A DNA stretch of 64,000 nucleotides, from positions 243,437 to 307,436 of the forward strand of contig JBAZZR010000002.1 in assembly GCA_041658665.1 (NCBI GenBank), written 5' to 3'. A program made the translations under genes and the position numbers. Each line of letters begins with the position of its first letter. The stretch's first letter is position 1. This DNA comes from Patescibacteria group bacterium. Its GTDB lineage: Bacteria; Patescibacteriota; Patescibacteriia; Patescibacteriales; UBA12465. Below, piece by piece: positions 58,295 through 64,000 of this stretch. The notes beneath the pieces were generated by a model, which had not been told where the DNA came from, ran no database searches, and saw only the letters and a list, made by a program, of their open reading frames with translations.

Positions 58295-59422
58295 ATGCGC
58301 TTAATAAGTTTACAAGAAAATTTAAAAAGAGGCCTCAATATCGTCGGCCATATTACCACTAAAAATATTAATTTACCGATATTAAATAATATTTTGTTTA
58401 GGGTGGAAAATGGTAATATTGAATTAGTAGGGACTAACTTAGAGGTGGGGATCACTTATCAGTTGAGGGGGAAAATAGAAGGCGAAGGAGCCTTTACGGT
58501 CGACTCTAAACTCATTACCGAGTATGTAAATCTCCTAAGCTCGGGCGAAAAAGTTAAAATTGAAGAAAAGGAAAATGAACTAAAGGTTGAATGTGGTAGC
58601 TATAAAACTAAGATTAAAGGGGAATCGGCTAAAGAGTATCCGCTTATTCCGGCAATTTCCAAAGAGAAGTATTATAGTGGCCGTATTGATGATTTTAGAA
58701 AAGCGTTAAATAGTGTAATTTTCGCTGTCTCTACTAGTGAAAACAGAGTTGAATTAACTGGAGTACTTTTTTCTTTTTTCGAAGATAAGCTTTGTTTGGC
58801 AGCCACTGACAGTTATCGTTTAGCCGAAAAAGAGCTAGTCGTTCGAAATAATGGTTTAAGCGGTGAATATAAAGTCATTGTTCCAGCTAAGACTACTCAG
58901 GAACTACTTCGGATATTAAATAATTTAGAAACAATTTCTTTAGAACAAAATAATGGGGAGATTAAAATATATTTAAGTGATAACCAAATTTTATTTTCGG
59001 TTGATTCGGTTGATCTAATTTCCCGACTTATTAGTGGTCATTACCCCGATTATAAACAAATTATTCCTACTCAGAGTCAAACTAAAATTTTAGTCGATAA
59101 ACAAGAGTTACTCAGAGCGACTAAAGCCGCTGCCTTATTTTCGAAAACCGGTATTAATGATATTTCTCTGGGGTTTTATAAAAATAAAATTGTTGTTTCC
59201 TCGTTTTCTGGCGCTAGCGGTGAAAGTCAAATTGAAATAGAAGCAGAAATTGACGGTCCGGATAATGAAATCACGATAAATTATAGATTTTTATTAGATG
59301 GTTTAAATAATATTGATACGGACTTAGTTCGGATTTTTATTTTAAATACTAACTCCCCTTGTTTGTTAAAAACAGAAAAAGGAGAAGATTATTTATATAT
59401 TGTCATGCCGATAAAACAATAA
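58295..59422 (+). CDS. dnaN: DNA polymerase III beta sliding clamp
   Basis: 'LPIL.NIL', 'TNLE', 'ATDSYRL', 'G.YPDY', 'Y.YIVMPI'. Confidence 0.97.
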   Translation: MRLISLQENLKRGLNIVGHITTKNINLPILNNILFRVENGNIELVGTNLEVGITYQLRGKIEGEGAFTVDSKLITEYVNLLSSGEKVKIEEKENELKVECGSYKTKIKGESAKEYPLIPAISKEKYYSGRIDDFRKALNSVIFAVSTSENRVELTGVLFSFFEDKLCLAATDSYRLAEKELVVRNNGLSGEYKVIVPAKTTQELLRILNNLETISLEQNNGEIKIYLSDNQILFSVDSVDLISRLISGHYPDYKQIIPTQSQTKILVDKQELLRATKAAALFSKTGINDISLGFYKNKIVVSSFSGASGESQIEIEAEIDGPDNEITINYRFLLDGLNNIDTDLVRIFILNTNSPCLLKTEKGEDYLYIVMPIKQ

Positions 59423-59440
59423 AATATTAGGAACAATTAT

Positions 59441-59473
59441 AAAAAAAGACCGGCCTAATAGGGTCGGTCTTTT
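59441..59473. terminator. Bidirectional terminator
   Basis: AAAAAAAGACCGGCC-taatag-GGTCGGTCTTTT. Confidence 0.8.
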
Positions 59474-59491
59474 GAAATTTGAGGTAGTCGC

Positions 59492-62341
59492 TTACTCTAC
59501 TAGTATTTTAAGTTCATTACTTTTTATTATTGTGCCATTCCAGTCAGCTAACTCAGAATAAAGGTACCAGGACCCGGTTGGTAGAATATTATTTAAGCTA
59601 ATATTAATATTTTTATTATCAATATTATCAAAGCCTCCCAGAGTCACCAGTTTACTAGTTGTTAGGGCCCGAGCCATTATTTTTATTTTAACTACCCGTT
59701 CTGGTATTTTAACTTGCAAGGCGATGTTTATTAGGGAACCGTCTTTTTTAAATTTTGTTTCACCGGCTGGTAAGCTTATTTTTAGGGAGTTAGTACTGGC
59801 GGAGATGGGATTATTTTTGATTAAGACATTAAAGTCGGCATTAGCGACGGTACAATTTTCTACGTCATCGCAGGCGTTCGCTTTCAAGGAGTGGTAGCCA
59901 TTATTCAAGAAACTAATATTTTTAGTAAAATTTTCTTGATTAGCATATTTTGTTTCCCAAAGATTACTATTGATATAGTAATCAATGCGAGTTATTCCTC
60001 TCGTTGAAGAAGCGGTCACCTGGACAGTTAGTTCGGAAATATTGATTATTTGGTTTTTTAGAGGAGAAATAATTACTATTTTTGGTAGATTTTCTGGGCG
60101 GTGGAGAGCTTCATCTGAAGAACTAGAGATTAATGATGAACTAGCGTTTTTTTCTGCCCAGCTTTTGATAACCTTTTCCCATAAATTAAATTGGGGATCG
60201 ATATTGGGGTCTAGGGGGGCTGATCCCAGAGGGTTGTCCTTGTCTACATAATACAAGATGCTGTGGTAAGCAGGAACGGCCCGCTCTTCGATTAATTCGG
60301 GAGGGGTAGAACTATCAGCCACGAATCCTGTTTCTTTATTCACACTGACCGTTTCTGAGGAGAGTCGCCCGTCGAGGATGTCTTTACCAGTTTTATAGTC
60401 ATCTGGTGCCGGAAAATTTTCTACCGGGGATTTGTCTAGAGCCTGGGCCATAAAATCATGCCAAATAGGAGCGGCCAAAACACTGCCGTCCGCTTTTCCT
60501 TTCATGGCCTGATTATTACTATTGCCGACCCAAACTCCGGCGACGAGAGACGGGGTATAGCCGATAGTCCAAGCATCATGGTAATCATTAGTTGTTCCTG
60601 TTTTAGCACCGACAGGACGGTTATTTAAAGTGAGGAAATTTTTAGCACCAAAAATATAAGTGCGTGCGTTATTATCACTTAAAATACTATTAATCATTTT
60701 AACGACCTTAGAATCTAAGGCTTTTCTCGCTGAGGGGGTGTATTCTTCGATAATGCGGCCATTCTTATCTTCTATTTTTAGGAGGCCAGTCACTTGATTA
60801 ACTTGACCGTCATTAGCAAAAACACTATAAGCATTTACATGCTCTAGTAATTTTACTTCCGCTCCGCCTAAAACTAGAGATAGCCCGAAACGGCTGCGCG
60901 GGTAGAGAGTTGAATAGCCGAGATTTTCTGCTAAATCTATAACACTATTTATGCCGGCCAGATAAATAGCTTTAACGGCCGGGATATTAAGTGATCCAGC
61001 TAAAGCTTGGCGAATAGAAACCGGCCCATATTCTTTATTGTTATAATTATGTGGTTCATATTTTTGTTTTTGGTCGGTAGAAAAATTAGTGACTACGTCA
61101 TAAAGAATAGTGTCGGGGGTATAGCCCTTTTCGAATAAGGCCGCATACACAATTGGTTTCATGGATGATCCCGGTTGTCTGGGACGCGTCGAGACATTTA
61201 CCTGACCGTCGATTGAATCATCGAAGTAATCTCGCGAGCCAACCATGCTTAATATTTGGCCGGTTTTGGGATCAATAGCTATGAGGGCCGCATTATTAGC
61301 GCCATATTTTTCCGAATAATTTTTTGTCCGAGTAGCAATAACTTCTTCGGCTATTTTTTGTTTGTCGAGGTCTAGCGTAGTATATATTTTCAGACCGCCC
61401 TGTTCAATAGTTTTTTCGCCATATTTTTCCGACAGCAGATCTTTAATATACATGATAAAATGAGGAGCAATAATATTAGTTTCCGGCCCCTTGAATTTTA
61501 TTTCCTGCTGTTTAGCTAAATCACGCTCCGTGGTTGAAATATATTTTTGTTCAACCATTAAGTCTAGGACATAATCCTTTCTGGCTAGAAGAATATCTTT
61601 ATTAGGACCATAAGGAGAGTAACGACTAGGAGTTTGAACAATTGCCGCGAGAATCGCTGCTTCCGCCAAAGAAACATTAGTTATACTTTTACCAAAGTAT
61701 TTCTGACTCGCTGCTTCAATTCCATAAGCATTAGAGCCATAAGGTATTTCGTTCAGATACATTTGGAGAATTTCGTCCTTAGAAAATTTTTTCTCGAGGC
61801 GATAGGAGAGAATTAATTCCTTTATTTTTCTGGCAATAGTTTTTTCTGGGCTCAAAACGGCATTTTTTATAAATTGTTGAGTCAGAGTAGAACCACCAGC
61901 GTTGCGGCTGAAGATTAAATTAGTAATTACTGTTCTAAACATGGCCCAAACACTAAAAGCGCCGTGGTTATAAAAATTTTTATCTTCAATGGCGATGGTG
62001 GCTTGTTTAACTTGGTTCGGAATATCTTTGAGGTCGATTAAGGTTCTTTTTTGGTCACCACTTATTTCATATAAAATATGCTCGCCCGTGCGGTCATAAA
62101 TTTTAGTACTTTGTGCTATTTCCCGATTAATTAGTTGGTTAGGGTTAGGGAGGTCCCGGGAAATCCAAAAAGCATAAATTGAGCCTAAGACAGCGAGGGA
62201 AAGACAGATAAGTATCCCTGCTAAAAAGATTCTTTTTAATAAACGTCCTTTCTCTTTCCGGCTGCCAGCTTTTATCCCACGCGCGTTTTTATATTCGCTC
62301 CAAGCGTCGGAGTGACTTTTTTTGAGTTGTTTAATTGGCAT
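59492..62341 (-). CDS. Class A penicillin-binding protein (PBP1A family) with C-terminal Ig-like domains
   Basis: TG motifs 'EDKNFY.H', 'GGSTLTQQ', 'RKIKE'; TP motifs 'GSSMKP', 'SLN', 'KTGT'. Confidence 0.93.
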   Translation of the reverse strand: MPIKQLKKSHSDAWSEYKNARGIKAGSRKEKGRLLKRIFLAGILICLSLAVLGSIYAFWISRDLPNPNQLINREIAQSTKIYDRTGEHILYEISGDQKRTLIDLKDIPNQVKQATIAIEDKNFYNHGAFSVWAMFRTVITNLIFSRNAGGSTLTQQFIKNAVLSPEKTIARKIKELILSYRLEKKFSKDEILQMYLNEIPYGSNAYGIEAASQKYFGKSITNVSLAEAAILAAIVQTPSRYSPYGPNKDILLARKDYVLDLMVEQKYISTTERDLAKQQEIKFKGPETNIIAPHFIMYIKDLLSEKYGEKTIEQGGLKIYTTLDLDKQKIAEEVIATRTKNYSEKYGANNAALIAIDPKTGQILSMVGSRDYFDDSIDGQVNVSTRPRQPGSSMKPIVYAALFEKGYTPDTILYDVVTNFSTDQKQKYEPHNYNNKEYGPVSIRQALAGSLNIPAVKAIYLAGINSVIDLAENLGYSTLYPRSRFGLSLVLGGAEVKLLEHVNAYSVFANDGQVNQVTGLLKIEDKNGRIIEEYTPSARKALDSKVVKMINSILSDNNARTYIFGAKNFLTLNNRPVGAKTGTTNDYHDAWTIGYTPSLVAGVWVGNSNNQAMKGKADGSVLAAPIWHDFMAQALDKSPVENFPAPDDYKTGKDILDGRLSSETVSVNKETGFVADSSTPPELIEERAVPAYHSILYYVDKDNPLGSAPLDPNIDPQFNLWEKVIKSWAEKNASSSLISSSSDEALHRPENLPKIVIISPLKNQIINISELTVQVTASSTRGITRIDYYINSNLWETKYANQENFTKNISFLNNGYHSLKANACDDVENCTVANADFNVLIKNNPISASTNSLKISLPAGETKFKKDGSLINIALQVKIPERVVKIKIMARALTTSKLVTLGGFDNIDNKNINISLNNILPTGSWYLYSELADWNGTIIKSNELKILVE

Positions 62342-62512
62342 ATCATAAATTTATATGAGTATTATATCATAGTTAGGCTTTTCTAGCAGGATTTATTGGG
62401 ATGACTAGTCACGGCGGGGGAGAGCTGTCTAAATTTTTTAGATTATTATATAATATTTAGGCGACGAGTTAAATATTTGTCTGATAATTTTACGGAAAGT
62501 TAGTCTAATAAT

Positions 62513-63307
62513 ATGAATTTTATTAGTAGTTTTGATAATCCAACAATTAAGAAGATTAGCCGACTCCAGAAAAACGGTGAAAGTAGTAAGCAGGGGATAT
62601 TTCTGGTCGACGGTGAGCGGGAAATTTTTTTAGCCCTCCAGGCGAAGTTTGAATTGGTTAATTTATTTTATTGTCCGGAGTTAAATCCTCATACTGATAA
62701 GTTTATTAAGTTATCTAAGGCTATTTCCCCGTCAGATATTATTCAGGTTTCGAGCGGTGTTTTTAAGAAAATATGTTATAAGGAAAAGCCAGAGGGATTT
62801 TTAGCTAGTTTTAAGCGGAAAACACTAAGCATCGCCGATCTCAAATTAACCAAAGATCCTTTAGTGATTGTTTTAGAAAAAGTAGAAAAGCCGGGGAACT
62901 TAGGGGCTATTTTACGGACTGCCTACGCCGCTGGTAGCAAAATTATCATTCTTAATGACAGTCAGACGGACATTTATAATCCTAACGTAATTAGGGCCAG
63001 CGAAGGATATGTTTTTTTCGAACAAATTATTAACCTCCCTTTGGCAGAAACCACTAGCTGGTTGAAGAAGAATAAAATTACTAGTCTGGCGGCGGCAACT
63101 AGCGGTCGGGTAAATTATACCAACGCTAATTTAGCTGGTGCCGTAGCTCTTATTTTTGGTTCTGAAGCGACGGGGTTAAGTCGCCAGTGGCTTAAGTTAG
63201 CCGACACACTTATTAAAATACCCATGTCTAAAGGCGTCGATTCTTTAAACGTTTCCGTCTCAGCGGCCATTATTATTTTTGAGTCTTTAAGACAAAGAAA
63301 TTTGTAA
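62513..63307 (+). CDS. TrmH/SpoU family RNA methyltransferase
   Basis: 'EKPGNLGAILRT', 'FGSE..GL', 'IPM....DSLNVSVS'. Confidence 0.92.
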   Translation: MNFISSFDNPTIKKISRLQKNGESSKQGIFLVDGEREIFLALQAKFELVNLFYCPELNPHTDKFIKLSKAISPSDIIQVSSGVFKKICYKEKPEGFLASFKRKTLSIADLKLTKDPLVIVLEKVEKPGNLGAILRTAYAAGSKIIILNDSQTDIYNPNVIRASEGYVFFEQIINLPLAETTSWLKKNKITSLAAATSGRVNYTNANLAGAVALIFGSEATGLSRQWLKLADTLIKIPMSKGVDSLNVSVSAAIIIFESLRQRNL

Positions 63308-63420
63308 TTTTATTTAAAATATCATAAATTTTAGTAATTTATAATTGGCAGTAAATAATTGACAATAAATTTGATTTTTATTAATATGAGAAATAATTAT
63401 ATCTTTTATAATTATTTTTT

Positions 63421-63492
63421 GCGCCCGTAGTTCAGCGGATAGAACGGGAGCCTTCTAAGCTCTAGACGAGGGTTCGACTCCCCCCGGGCGTA
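63421..63492 (+). tRNA. tRNA-Arg(TCT)
   Basis: GCGCCCG...CGGGCGT-A, loop CTTCTAA. Confidence 0.92.
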
Positions 63493-63518
63493 CGTTTCTT
63501 CGAGAAACGAATAAGTAT

Positions 63519-63590
63519 GGTGCCTATGGTTTAATGGTAGAACGGCGGGTTGTGGTCCCGCTAGCCTGGGTCCGATTCCCAGTAGGCACC
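63519..63590 (+). tRNA. tRNA-His(GTG)
   Basis: G-1, GTGCCTA...TAGGCAC-C73, loop TTGTGGT; T-loop reads TCCGATT. Confidence 0.88.
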
Positions 63591-63608
63591 CCGATATAAA
63601 AATAAGCT

Positions 63609-64000
63609 ATGGCTAAAAAATCATTATTAACTAATTTCACCTTCTGGCGGTATTTAATTAATTTCTGGTCGCTTTTATTTTGGTCATTAATTATTTATGA
63701 TTTTTTAGGCGGTAGTTCGGGGAGCGCTGTTTTAGATGTTGTTTCGATGATTTATATTGGGGTTTTGGCTATTTATGTTAGTAATAAAGAATTCGAGCGC
63801 TGGTATGATCAGCATAGTGAAAAACATCCCGGCGAAGTTTTTGTTATTATTTGGTCAATTCTAGTTTTTAGTTTGATTATTCCCGATATTTTCCAGATTA
63901 AGTCCTATCATCTGCCGAGCGCTGTTGTCTCGGCCTATATTGCGGTATTAACGCTTTTAGCGGTTACTAGAAAATCTAAACAAATTTATCAGCGCCGGCA
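63609..64000 (+). CDS. Hypothetical membrane protein, runs off the window end
   Basis: Open frame MAKKSLLTNFTFWRYLINFW...YVSNKEFERW...HPGEVFVIIW..., about 4 TM helices. Confidence 0.6.
   Translation, partial: MAKKSLLTNFTFWRYLINFWSLLFWSLIIYDFLGGSSGSAVLDVVSMIYIGVLAIYVSNKEFERWYDQHSEKHPGEVFVIIWSILVFSLIIPDIFQIKSYHLPSAVVSAYIAVLTLLAVTRKSKQIYQRR

Overview
AT-rich bacterial chromosomal segment that looks like Patescibacteria/CPR (Parcubacteria-like; inferred from 16S primer-site variants, gene content and multiple VirB2/TrbC-like pilins). It spans the probable replication origin (yidC-yidD-rnpA-rpmH <- -> dnaA-oriC-dnaN) and many housekeeping genes (infC-rpmI-rplT-secG, rnj, trpS, der, pth, dprA-topA, valS-pheS-pheT, PBP1A). 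It also holds 11 tRNAs and a solitary 16S rRNA that is unlinked from 23S and oriented against the inferred replication fork. Main points of interest: (1) six tandem VirB2/TrbC-like pilin genes with an apparent major/minor layout, divergent from two GT-C-like and one GT2 glycosyltransferase genes (candidate glycosylated-filament system); (2) a stand-alone trpB before trpS, with a ~190-nt multi-hairpin RNA and a Trp-containing 22-aa uORF upstream; (3) a promoter- and DnaA-box-associated rod-shaped orphan RNA downstream of rnj; (4) a tRNA-Ile with a UAU anticodon; (5) a ybjQ relic and a DHH protein with degenerate catalytic motifs. All calls come from reading motifs by eye; no database searches were run.
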